A stretch of DNA of 64,000 nt. Origin: Bacteroidota bacterium (lineage in GTDB: Bacteria; Bacteroidota; Bacteroidia; Flavobacteriales; JADGDT01). The stretch is from positions 2,692 to 66,691 of the forward strand of contig JBDLJM010000003.1 of NCBI GenBank assembly GCA_039714315.1, in the 5' to 3' direction. Positions within the stretch are counted from its first letter, which is position 1. Each line of letters opens with the position of its first letter. Positions 11,147 through 19,846 of the stretch are shown here, piece by piece. Under the pieces are notes generated by a model. It had not been told where the DNA came from. It worked only from the letters and a program-made list of their open reading frames with translations, and did no database searches. Both the position numbers and the translations under genes were made by a program.

Positions 11147-12511
11147 TTAAGTTTTTATTCTCCTCCAAACAGATGCCACAGTTAAACCGGAAATAATATG
11201 CCAGATACCCCATCCTCCGGCTATAAATGCCATACCTCCAATACCGTCGAAAAGCTTTGGATTAAAGATCAAAACTAAAGCCAATCCCGAGTTTTGTATT
11301 CCTGTTTCGATAGATAGAGTTCGACGGTCGATTTTTGGTAATTTAAAAATCCTCGCCAAAGAATACCCTGTAAGTAAAGCAAGTAGGTTATGAATGAAAA
11401 CCATCAGGACAATAAGGTGTAAATACCTAACCATGAATTCAAAATTTAAACTCATAGCACCTACAACTAAGCCAAGGAAAAAGATAATAGAAAATATCCT
11501 CAATGGTTTTTCGATCTTTACTGATAAATCTTCAAAGAAATGTCTAAACACCAAACCTAAAACTACGGGGATTCCCAATAAGATTAAAACTGTTTTTACC
11601 ATTTGATATGGATCTATCTGAATTGGTACAACAAAATCGGAAGTACCGGAATATAAATTACCCCAAAAAGAAAAATTTAACGGCGTCATAAATATAGCTG
11701 CAAGAGTTGCAAATGCAGTTAAACTAATAGATAAAGCCGAATTACCTTTTGCAAATGATGTCATAAAATTGGAGATATTACCTCCGGGTGATGCCGCGAC
11801 CAGAATCATACCAAAAGCAACTGAAGCTGTCGGTTTCATAATCAGTATTAGTAGAAATGTCAGAGCCGGTAAAGCAATAAACTGCGAAAAAACCCCAATT
11901 ATCATTGACTTAGGATGCTTTAATACCTCTGTAAAATGTTCAAGCCTTATTCCTAAAGCCACTCCAAACATTATGATTGCCAATGAAAAATTTATAACAA
12001 TCATCCCGCCACTATTAAAGTTAAGACGAATCTTATCAAGAATGCTTAAGTCCTGAAATGCATGAAGATCAATTGACTCGATAACTCCATTTTGGACAAT
12101 AATTTTTTGATGATTTTTATAATAGATAATCTCAATCTTTTCTTCTTTCTTAGGCAAACCAACAATCTCTTCAACCTCTTCGTTCGACATCCCTATCCTT
12201 ATGTCATTAAATGACTTTGCTATTACAGTGTCGCCATTTGTATGCACAGAGATTTCCTCATAATTATCTACATGCCCGGGAGCTATAAAATAATCATTGA
12301 CCTTGCCTTTATGAATAAAAATAGTATTATTTCCTTCGTAAATCCAACGTTCAATATTTTGAAGTTCTATTGGTTCACCTACCTTTGAAACTAACATTTC
12401 TTTAGTATCACCAACCTTGATGAGTTCTAATTCTTCTTTATTAAATTCCTTGTTACAGGAAGAAAAATAAAGTAATATAACTAAAGGTGTAATTATTTTT
12501 AATAAACGCAT
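11147..12511 (-). CDS. Bile acid:sodium symporter (BASS) family transporter with N-terminal lipoprotein module
   Basis: 454 aa. The polytopic C-terminal ~300 aa are BASS-like. The first ~150 aa carry a lipobox (LLYFSSC, Cys19) and two BamE/SmpA-OmlA-like repeats. Confidence 0.75.
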   Translation of the reverse strand: MRLLKIITPLVILLYFSSCNKEFNKEELELIKVGDTKEMLVSKVGEPIELQNIERWIYEGNNTIFIHKGKVNDYFIAPGHVDNYEEISVHTNGDTVIAKSFNDIRIGMSNEEVEEIVGLPKKEEKIEIIYYKNHQKIIVQNGVIESIDLHAFQDLSILDKIRLNFNSGGMIVINFSLAIIMFGVALGIRLEHFTEVLKHPKSMIIGVFSQFIALPALTFLLILIMKPTASVAFGMILVAASPGGNISNFMTSFAKGNSALSISLTAFATLAAIFMTPLNFSFWGNLYSGTSDFVVPIQIDPYQMVKTVLILLGIPVVLGLVFRHFFEDLSVKIEKPLRIFSIIFFLGLVVGAMSLNFEFMVRYLHLIVLMVFIHNLLALLTGYSLARIFKLPKIDRRTLSIETGIQNSGLALVLIFNPKLFDGIGGMAFIAGGWGIWHIISGLTVASVWRRIKT

Positions 12512-12613
12512 ATTTATTTATATAAGAATGTATGCAAAATAGATAATCCCAAGTAAACATCAAAATGACATCTGATATACTTTGAATATATTTTATACTA
12601 ATATAGATTATTA

Positions 12614-12648
12614 TGAAAAAAAATCCTCAAGCATTGACCTGAGGATTT
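12614..12648 (-). terminator. Rho-independent terminator after lpdA
   Basis: Stem aaatcctca (12621-12629) pairs with tgaggattt (12640-12648), followed on the minus strand by a T-run. Confidence 0.85.
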
Positions 12649-12666
12649 AATATATAAAATTAGATT

Positions 12667-14061
12667 CTACAAATGTATTACCTCATCATAAGCATCGGCA
12701 GTTGCTTCCATAACAGCCTCACTCATTGTGGGATGCGGGTGAATCGCTTTAAGAATTTCATGTCCCGTAGTTTCTAATTTTCTGGCAACTACGGCCTCAG
12801 AAATCATTTCAGTAACATTATCTCCAACCATATGACACCCTAACATTTCTCCATAAACGGCATCGTAAATCACTTTTACAAAGCCATCTTTAGCTCCTGC
12901 AGCAGATGCTTTTCCGGAAGCCGTAAACGGAAACTTACCAACTTTTATCTCATGTCCGGCTTCAACAGCAGCTTTCTCAGTCATACCAACTGAAGCAACC
13001 TGAGGGTAACAATAGGTACATCCCGGAATGTTTCCATAATCTATAGCTTCAGGGTTCATTCCCTTTATATTTTCAACAGCAGTAATTCCTTCTGCCGAAG
13101 CAACGTGAGCTAAAGCAGGACCGGCAACAATATCTCCAATTGCAAGGTACCCGGGAATATTTGTATTATAATATTTATCAACAACAATTTTATCGCTATC
13201 TACAACTATCCCAACATCTTCCAATCCAAGATTTTCGATATTCGACTTAATACCTACGGCAGAAAGAACAGCATCAGCTTCGATTACCTTATCTCCTTTT
13301 TTGGTATTTACATGAACTTTTACACCTTCGCCACTGGTATCTACCGAGGTAACCTCAGCGTTAGTCATTACTTTAATTTTCGACTTTTTGAAAGAACGCT
13401 CCAATGCTTTCGAAACATCTGCATCTTCAACAGGAACAAGATTTGGTAAATATTCCACAATAGTAACCTCGGTTCCGAGTGTGTGATAAAAGTAAGCAAA
13501 TTCAACTCCGATTGCACCTGACCCAACTACCACAAGCTTTTTAGGCTGTTGTTCGAGAGTCATAGCTTTTCTATAACCGAAAATTTTCTCTCCATCCTGT
13601 GGAAGACTTGGCAATTCGCGTGAACGCGCTCCGGTTGCGATAATAATATTTTGAGCAGAGTACTCTGTTACGGTACCCTCTGCATCAGTCACATCTATTT
13701 TCTTACCCGGCTTAAGTTTAGCAGTTCCGGCAATTACATCGATTTTATTTTTCTTCATCAAAAAATCAATGCCCTTGCTCATACCGTCAGCTACACCACG
13801 ACTACGTGAAATAATAGCTGAAAAATCCTTATCAACATTATCGGCTTTTAATCCGTATTGATCAGCGTGTTTCATATAATCAAAAACCTGAGCACTTTTT
13901 AATAATGCTTTTGTTGGTATACATCCCCAATTTAAACAAATACCTCCAAGCTTTTCTCTTTCAACTATTGCGGTTTTAAACCCCAGTTGAGATGCTCGTA
14001 TCGCAGTTACATAACCACCGGGGCCACTCCCTACTACAATTATATCGTATGTCATTGTCAA
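12667..14061 (-). CDS. lpdA: Dihydrolipoyl dehydrogenase (E3)
   Basis: 464 aa. GSGPGGY FAD motif, redox-active CLNWGCIPTK, and a C-terminal HPHPTMSE dimerisation/active-site motif. Confidence 0.93.
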   Translation of the reverse strand: MTMTYDIIVVGSGPGGYVTAIRASQLGFKTAIVEREKLGGICLNWGCIPTKALLKSAQVFDYMKHADQYGLKADNVDKDFSAIISRSRGVADGMSKGIDFLMKKNKIDVIAGTAKLKPGKKIDVTDAEGTVTEYSAQNIIIATGARSRELPSLPQDGEKIFGYRKAMTLEQQPKKLVVVGSGAIGVEFAYFYHTLGTEVTIVEYLPNLVPVEDADVSKALERSFKKSKIKVMTNAEVTSVDTSGEGVKVHVNTKKGDKVIEADAVLSAVGIKSNIENLGLEDVGIVVDSDKIVVDKYYNTNIPGYLAIGDIVAGPALAHVASAEGITAVENIKGMNPEAIDYGNIPGCTYCYPQVASVGMTEKAAVEAGHEIKVGKFPFTASGKASAAGAKDGFVKVIYDAVYGEMLGCHMVGDNVTEMISEAVVARKLETTGHEILKAIHPHPTMSEAVMEATADAYDEVIHL

Positions 14062-14272
14062 AGTTTTTTAATTCAAAAAATTCTGATAAAAATAATATAT
14101 TTTAATTCCCAAAACAAAATGCTCTTTATTACCAAACGCGAATTTAAGAAAATTTAGATTATAGTAGATAGTGACTATATTATATTATTATATGGTATTA
14201 TAATTAATATCTACTTTAACTCAACCTAACATTAATCATCAAAATATTTTCTGAACTACGAAACATAAATAT

Positions 14273-14280
14273 TACATTTG
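14273..14280 (+). promoter_or_regulatory. Bacteroidota-type -7 box (TACATTTG)
   Basis: Exact TAnnTTTG match 18 nt upstream of the ATG at 14298. Confidence 0.55.
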
Positions 14281-14297
14281 ATAAAATTTTTATAATT

Positions 14298-15257
14298 ATG
14301 TTAAAAGCAGGAGTTTTAGGCGCCGGACATTTAGGAAAAATACATCTGCGTCTGCTAAACCAATCTGAAAAATATGAACTAGCAGGATTTTACGATCCTG
14401 ACAGAAAAAATGGAGAAGCGGTAGAGAAGGAATTTGGTTTTAAATTTTTTGATACAATTGAAGGGTTAATAAAAGCCGTAGATGTTGTTGATATTGTTAC
14501 TCCTACCCTTTCGCATTTCGAAGTTGCAAAAAAATCAATCGAAGCAGGTAAACATGTATTCATCGAAAAGCCAATCACAAATACAGTTGAAGAAGCTGAA
14601 GAATTGCTTTCTATGCTCGATAAAAAAGGATTGAAAGGACAGGTTGGACACGTTGAAAGGTTTAATCCTGCATTTATTTCGGTTAAAGATCAGATAAAGG
14701 ATCCTATGTTTATTGAGGCTCATCGCCTGGCAGAATTCAATCCAAGAGGAACAGATGTTCCTGTAGTTTTAGATTTGATGATTCACGATTTGGATGTAAT
14801 ACTTAGCGTAGTAAATTCTGAAGTAAAGAATATTCATTCAAGTGGTGTATCGGTAATTTCAGAAACACCTGATATTGCCAATGCCCGTATTGAATTTGAA
14901 AACGGATGTGTTGCAAACCTTACGGCCTCAAGAATTTCAATGAAAAACATGCGTAAAACACGTTTATTCCAGCGTGACGCCTACGTTTCTATTGATTTCC
15001 TTGAAAAGAAAAGTGAAATAGTAAGAATGAAAGATGCACCTGTAAATCCGGGAGAATTTGATATGATTCTGGAGAATGCCGAAGGTGTTAAAAAGCAAAT
15101 ATATTTCGACCAACCAACCGTTGAAGGAAATAATGCAATTCTGGATGAATTGGAAACTTTTGCCGATGCAATTAAATACGATTTAAAACCATTAGTAACT
15201 CTTGAAGATGGTGCAAAAGCACTGAAAGTTGCCAAACAGATTATTGCAGGCTTTTAA
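14298..15257 (+). CDS. Gfo/Idh/MocA-family NAD(P)-dependent oxidoreductase
   Basis: 319 aa. N-terminal Rossmann motif (GVLGAGHLGKIH), an EKP motif (FIEKPI), and the C-terminal alpha/beta domain typical of the family. Confidence 0.85.
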   Translation: MLKAGVLGAGHLGKIHLRLLNQSEKYELAGFYDPDRKNGEAVEKEFGFKFFDTIEGLIKAVDVVDIVTPTLSHFEVAKKSIEAGKHVFIEKPITNTVEEAEELLSMLDKKGLKGQVGHVERFNPAFISVKDQIKDPMFIEAHRLAEFNPRGTDVPVVLDLMIHDLDVILSVVNSEVKNIHSSGVSVISETPDIANARIEFENGCVANLTASRISMKNMRKTRLFQRDAYVSIDFLEKKSEIVRMKDAPVNPGEFDMILENAEGVKKQIYFDQPTVEGNNAILDELETFADAIKYDLKPLVTLEDGAKALKVAKQIIAGF

Positions 15258-15519
15258 TTTTTTTGTTATTGGTTTCAAGTTGCGGTTTATATTTACCAGT
15301 AACAAGTAACTTGAAACCAGTAACCACTCTTTCTACAAGTTCAAAAACCGGAAACAAGTAAGCTACAACCAATATCAACTAAACCTGTGTAGCTATCTCC
15401 GATATAGCAAAAAAGATATTGGTTTCAATTTTAAAAGTTCTACATCCGTTTTTTGCTTCATCACTAATAAAAAAACACACTCTACCCCATACTCAAAATC
15501 GCTCTGTTTTTCTAAACTA

Positions 15520-15617
15520 CTGAAAATAAATAATTAATATTTTTATAAAAAACAAAATATACCTATTAATGAGTATTGCCTCCAGACAATAGACCTACTA
15601 CTTTCGTACCTGAAAAA
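15520..15617 (+). repeat. Duplicated promoter/operator module, copy 1 (upstream of 15651 ORF)
   Basis: By-eye alignment gives roughly 75-80% identity over about 80-100 nt with 16100-16196. Contains the near-palindrome tacctattaatgagta (15560-15575), then TTG, then a 20-nt spacer and TACTTTCG. Confidence 0.6.
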
Positions 15618-15650
15618 TTACTCAAATAAAAAAAAAACAAATTTACACCT

Positions 15651-15965
15651 ATGATTACTTGGAAAGGACGCGGGATATTTAGCATCTTAATTTTATTTGT
15701 TACTGGCATTGGGGCAATTTCTTTATTTATCGATCATATTGACAGGAGCGTATTTTCTTCGGTTTTTATTTTAAGTGGAATTGCAACCTGGGGTTTAGGA
15801 AAAGAATGGAGCAGCAAACCGGAACACTTACTAATTGAAAGAGAAACAGAGAAGAAAATAATATCGGGACGAGATCACAGTTTGTATAATATAAAAGTAG
15901 AATACCTGGGCATACTGGAGGTTATACTTGGTATTGCAGTGTTGTTTACTCCTATTTTGGAGTAA
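15651..15965 (+). CDS. Hypothetical small membrane protein
   Basis: 104 aa with 3 predicted hydrophobic helices. No family recognised. Confidence 0.4.
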   Translation: MITWKGRGIFSILILFVTGIGAISLFIDHIDRSVFSSVFILSGIATWGLGKEWSSKPEHLLIERETEKKIISGRDHSLYNIKVEYLGILEVILGIAVLFTPILE

Positions 15966-16099
15966 TATATTTAGACTTCAGTCTTATAACCTGTAACTCA
16001 AGCCCCAAACGATGATTCCTGAGCCTGTTGAAGGGCAGCCTTAGGGAGTAAGCAGCAGCCTGTTCAGAAAACAAAAATCACTCCACTTTGCTTACCTCT

Positions 16100-16196
16100 T
16101 AAAAATCAACAATTAACATTTTTACAAAAAACAAAATATACCCATTAATAGGTATTGTCCTGTAAGAATATTACTACTATGTTTATACTCGAAAAA
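16100..16196 (+). repeat. Duplicated promoter/operator module, copy 2 (upstream of 16238 ORF)
   Basis: Paralogous to 15520-15617. Contains the near-palindrome tacccattaataggta (16139-16154), then TTG, a spacer and TATGTTTA. Confidence 0.6.
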
Positions 16197-16237
16197 GAAT
16201 AATACTAAATTCTATAACAATCAATTGAGGTATAATT

Positions 16238-16654
16238 ATGAAAAAATCACTACTATTTCTTTTACTAGTTTCTTGGGGATTAAATGCACAAAATAAGAGC
16301 GTTAGCAAAGATAACATCAGCTATACTCTAAATAAAGTTGTAAGCCGTATTGATAGATTACAAATTCATATTAATGAACAGGGTAGTTCTTGCGACTTTG
16401 GATGGGAATTAGAAGTAATAAATTCTTATCACAAAAGATTACAAAATCAAATAAACAAATACAAAAGCTGTTGCTTCTATAAAAACAGAAAAGCAGAGTT
16501 AACTGAAATAAGTGAAAAAATAAGCTATACCGAACATCTGTTAGAAGCAAACAAACAAAACACTGAAACTCTAACCATTAAAACACTTTACAATGAACTA
16601 ACAGAGTTAAAAACACTTATTTATTCGCATAAATATTATGAAAGAAAACTGTGA
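16238..16654 (+). CDS. Hypothetical secreted protein
   Basis: 138 aa with a signal peptide (MKKSLLFLLLVSWGLNAQ) and a helical/coiled-coil-like remainder. No family recognised. Confidence 0.4.
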   Translation: MKKSLLFLLLVSWGLNAQNKSVSKDNISYTLNKVVSRIDRLQIHINEQGSSCDFGWELEVINSYHKRLQNQINKYKSCCFYKNRKAELTEISEKISYTEHLLEANKQNTETLTIKTLYNELTELKTLIYSHKYYERKL

Positions 16655-16674
16655 AAAATTAAGAGAGATCATTT

Positions 16675-17523
16675 TTAACTCTTCACCAAAACCCTATACT
16701 CTACTCCTTTTTTTTCAAGAATAATATCATCTATAATTTGCAGTGAATTTTTTCTAATTATTTGCTTTAAGTTAATAATATATTCACTCCCCTTTTCAGA
16801 ATAACTACCTAAAGCTTCAGCCAGTTCTATGGAAGAAGGCTTAAGTGAACTTTGCCTTGATATAAAACGCTTTTCTCTAAACTCTTTATAAGCCCTGTGC
16901 CTGTTTAAATTAATACAATAACGATCTACTGCCTTTTCTATACTTTCGAATGTCCTAAGCTTAATATCGGAATTATTCGCACTGATAAAACTTCCCTCCG
17001 CTCCATTTGAAAAATGTTCTCCAAACAGTGAATTTCCCTCTATGGCAAACCTGGAAGTTCCCCATCCGCTTTCAACAATAGCCTGTGCAATAATTAGTGA
17101 TGGAGGTATCATATCAACTTTTTTGAGAAGAGCATCAAAATCCTTTTCACCGGTTCTGTATATTTCACTCAAATCATCAATCCACAGTAACTCTTCACCG
17201 CTTACTACCCTATTATCGTTATACCTTTCGTAAATATCAATAATACGATTCCGTTTAGAAAGAATAGTTTCATTGCTCCTTAATACAACAGGCATTAAAA
17301 ACTTTATGAAAATTTCTTTTCTATCCTTTACACTCAATTCTTTTATACCCGGAGAAATATTTTCGACAAAAACAGGTGCTATTGTACCTTCCACGTTACT
17401 TTTCTTAGAAGCAAAAACAGAATCCAGTAAAGCATAGTCATCAACTGAAATACTTTTTACAGCAAGCTCTCTATTACAGCTTATCGATATAAAAAAAATA
17501 AAAAGGATTATATAAACCCTCAT
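16675..17523 (-). CDS. Glucosaminidase-domain protein (Bax/FlgJ-like muramidase family)
   Basis: 282 aa. LIIAQAIVESGWGTSRFAIEGNSLFG is the hallmark of mannosyl-glycoprotein endo-beta-N-acetylglucosaminidase domains. Confidence 0.75.
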   Translation of the reverse strand: MRVYIILFIFFISISCNRELAVKSISVDDYALLDSVFASKKSNVEGTIAPVFVENISPGIKELSVKDRKEIFIKFLMPVVLRSNETILSKRNRIIDIYERYNDNRVVSGEELLWIDDLSEIYRTGEKDFDALLKKVDMIPPSLIIAQAIVESGWGTSRFAIEGNSLFGEHFSNGAEGSFISANNSDIKLRTFESIEKAVDRYCINLNRHRAYKEFREKRFISRQSSLKPSSIELAEALGSYSEKGSEYIINLKQIIRKNSLQIIDDIILEKKGVEYRVLVKS

Positions 17524-17524
17524 A

Positions 17525-17869
17525 TTATTTCAATAAGTTAATAATATTCTCTGTAGGCCGGCCTAAAGCAGCCTTACCGCCTTTAACAACAATTGGCCGT
17601 TCTATAAGCTTGGGATTCTCGACCATCGCCACGATTATTTCATCATCACTTAGGTCTTTTCCTTTAAAATTATCTTTCCAAATGGACTCTTTTACTCTTA
17701 CAAGTTCAATTGGTTTCATACTCAACATACCTAGAATATCCTTTAGTTCACCTGCATTAGGAGTGGTTTCCAAATATTTAATTATTTCCGGTTCTATTCC
17801 TGCATCCTGTACTGCCTTTAATCCTGCTCTGCTCTTCCCGCATCGTGGATTGTGATATATTTTTACCAT
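17525..17869 (-). CDS. ArsC/Spx-family reductase-like protein
   Basis: 114 aa. The N-terminal IYHNPRCGKSR motif and the length are typical of glutaredoxin-type ArsC/YffB family proteins. Confidence 0.85.
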   Translation of the reverse strand: MVKIYHNPRCGKSRAGLKAVQDAGIEPEIIKYLETTPNAGELKDILGMLSMKPIELVRVKESIWKDNFKGKDLSDDEIIVAMVENPKLIERPIVVKGGKAALGRPTENIINLLK

Positions 17870-17928
17870 AATTTATCTATGATTTGTACTATACCTCGAA
17901 AAACTCATATAATCCCAAAATATTGTAC

Positions 17929-18114
17929 TTTCCTCTTTTATCTTTCCTCTTTTATCTTTTATCTTTAGCTCGCTGGCACTCCGTTCTTCAACGGTTGCTC
18001 GCTGAACCTCCTTCGTCGGTTTCCTCTTTTATCTTTTATCTTTTATCTTTCCTGCCTGACTGAGTCACGCAGGCAGGTATCTTTCCTCTTTCCTCTTTTA
18101 TCTTTTATCTTTTC
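17929..18114. repeat. Composite intergenic element: three low-complexity direct-repeat blocks separated by two GC-rich inserts
   Basis: Blocks of (T)CCTCTTTTATCTTTTATCTTT-type 9-mer repeats lie at 17929-17966, 18021-18050 and 18078-18114. A 54-nt GC-rich insert sits at 17967-18020. A hairpin cctgcctg...caggcagg sits at 18051-18077. Confidence 0.7.
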
Positions 18115-18302
18115 AACTTCATTACTACGAACGATATTCCAAAGATAATAACAATAACCGCGCCAATATGTGCAACTATTTTGGTAAGATCAAATTCATC
18201 GTTAAAAACGTCGTATTCCCAACCGTAGTATTGGAATATTAAATTCTTTACAAGTACTGCAAATATAATTATAGCTATTTGAGTAAATTTTAGTCCTTTC
18301 AT
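18105..18302 (-). CDS. Hypothetical small membrane protein
   Basis: 65 aa with two hydrophobic helices. Its stop codon lies inside repeat block 3. Confidence 0.35.
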   Translation of the reverse strand: MKGLKFTQIAIIIFAVLVKNLIFQYYGWEYDVFNDEFDLTKIVAHIGAVIVIIFGISFVVMKLKR

Positions 18303-18333
18303 AAATTTTTTTTTAAATATGATGTGTTATAAA

Positions 18334-18546
18334 CTAACTTAATATTATAACGATTGTCATTGTTATAACAGCTATAACAAACCACTTCAATAATCTCTTG
18401 TTACTCCAGTTTCTCAGCTCGTATTTTTCAATTTTTTTTAAACTGCTCTGCTCATAATCAATCTCGGTAGGGTTAAATGAGTATTGCTGTTTTGTATCAA
18501 CCCTGTTTGTATGCTTAAATTGTTTACAATTCATTGCCATCGTCAA
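18334..18546 (-). CDS. Hypothetical small membrane-anchored protein
   Basis: 70 aa with a C-terminal TM helix. Overlaps the prfB 3' end by 23 nt. Confidence 0.3.
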   Translation of the reverse strand: MTMAMNCKQFKHTNRVDTKQQYSFNPTEIDYEQSSLKKIEKYELRNWSNKRLLKWFVIAVITMTIVIILS

Positions 18547-19636
18547 GTCCTTTTTGCCCTTCGCCCATCAAAAATGCCTTCATAAAACCATCTATTTCAC
18601 CGTTCATTACAGCATCGACATCACCGGTTTCATGTTTTGTTCTTACATCTTTTACCAGTTTATAAGGATGCATCACATAATTTCTTATTTGCGACCCCCA
18701 CTCAATCTTCATCTTTCCGGATTCGATCTCAGCTCTTTTTTCCTGCTTTTTCATCAACTCAATTTCGTACAATTGCGATTTTAGGTGACGAATAGCATTA
18801 TCCTTATTTTCTAATTGCGATCTCGACTCCTGATTTTCAATAATCAAGCCTGACGGTTTATGATGTAACCTTACAGCTGTTTCGATCTTATTTACTGCCT
18901 GTCCTCCTGCTCCGGACGATCGGAAAGTATCCCATTTTATGTCTGACTGATTTATCTCAATCTCAATTGAATCATCCACTAAGGGGTAAACATAAACCGA
19001 AGCAAAGGAAGTATGACGTTTAGCGTTTGAATCAAACGGAGAAATACGAACTAAACGATGTACTCCGTTTTCGCCTTTTAAATATCCAAAACCATAATCA
19101 CCTTCAAACTCAAGAGTTACTGTTTTTACACCGGTAACATCTCCTGACTGATAATTAACTTCCTTAATTTTATAAGCGTTTTTTTCGCCCCACATCAAAT
19201 ACATACGCATGAGCATTTCTGCCCAATCATTACTCTCCGTACCTCCGGCTCCGGCAGTAATTTGCAATACAGCACTTAGAGAATCTTCTTCGCCCGAAAG
19301 CATATTTTTAAACTCGAGATTCTCGAGTTTTTCCACAAGTTCACTGTGACCTTCTTCTACTTCTTCTTCTGTTGCCTCGCCTTCTTTCACAAAATCGATC
19401 AGCACACTCAGATCCTCCGACAGAGATCTCAATTCATTATACGACTCCACCCATTGCTTTTTCTGACGTAAACTTTTAAGCAACACTTCAGCCTTTTTCG
19501 GATCGTTCCAGAAATCAGGTGCAAGAGTCTTATCCTCTTCATTACTAATTTCTATTTCCTTCTTCTCAATATTCAGATATCCGTGTAAGGCCTCTATTCG
19601 TTGATTTATTTTTTTTAACTGATCGCTTGTAATCAT
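18524..19636 (-). CDS. prfB: Peptide chain release factor 2
   Basis: 370 aa. SPF tripeptide (RISPFDS), GGQ motif (SGAGGQAVN), and a single uninterrupted frame. Confidence 0.92.
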   Translation of the reverse strand: MITSDQLKKINQRIEALHGYLNIEKKEIEISNEEDKTLAPDFWNDPKKAEVLLKSLRQKKQWVESYNELRSLSEDLSVLIDFVKEGEATEEEVEEGHSELVEKLENLEFKNMLSGEEDSLSAVLQITAGAGGTESNDWAEMLMRMYLMWGEKNAYKIKEVNYQSGDVTGVKTVTLEFEGDYGFGYLKGENGVHRLVRISPFDSNAKRHTSFASVYVYPLVDDSIEIEINQSDIKWDTFRSSGAGGQAVNKIETAVRLHHKPSGLIIENQESRSQLENKDNAIRHLKSQLYEIELMKKQEKRAEIESGKMKIEWGSQIRNYVMHPYKLVKDVRTKHETGDVDAVMNGEIDGFMKAFLMGEGQKGLDDGNEL

Positions 19637-19846
19637 AAATGTGAACGATTATTATATAGACATGCAAAATTAATTTTTTAAAAATAAGAATACACTATTT
19701 ATCACAATATATAAATAAAAGACAGACTACACCACATATACAAAAGCTCATTAATAGCATATACCTCATTTCCAGTGTCATCTATACAACAATATTTAAT
19801 TGTAAAAAAAGCTTATTATTATTGATATTTTCCTATTTTTATTTTT

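Noticed and set aside
17929-18114. Possible CRISPR array (direct repeats separated by unique GC-rich 'spacers')
   Set aside because: The repeats are low-complexity, differ in length (about 30-38 nt) and differ in internal structure. There are only two 'spacers', of 54 and 27 nt, and one is a hairpin. No cas genes or leader are present in the window.
18524-19636. Programmed +1 frameshift in prfB
   Set aside because: The region equivalent to the E. coli CUU-UGA-C shift site reads in frame as ...GGA TAT CTG AAT ATT GAG... (GYLNIE) with no stop. The 370-aa ORF is continuous, so this RF2 gene lacks the autoregulatory frameshift. Many bacteria lack it, so this is not unusual.
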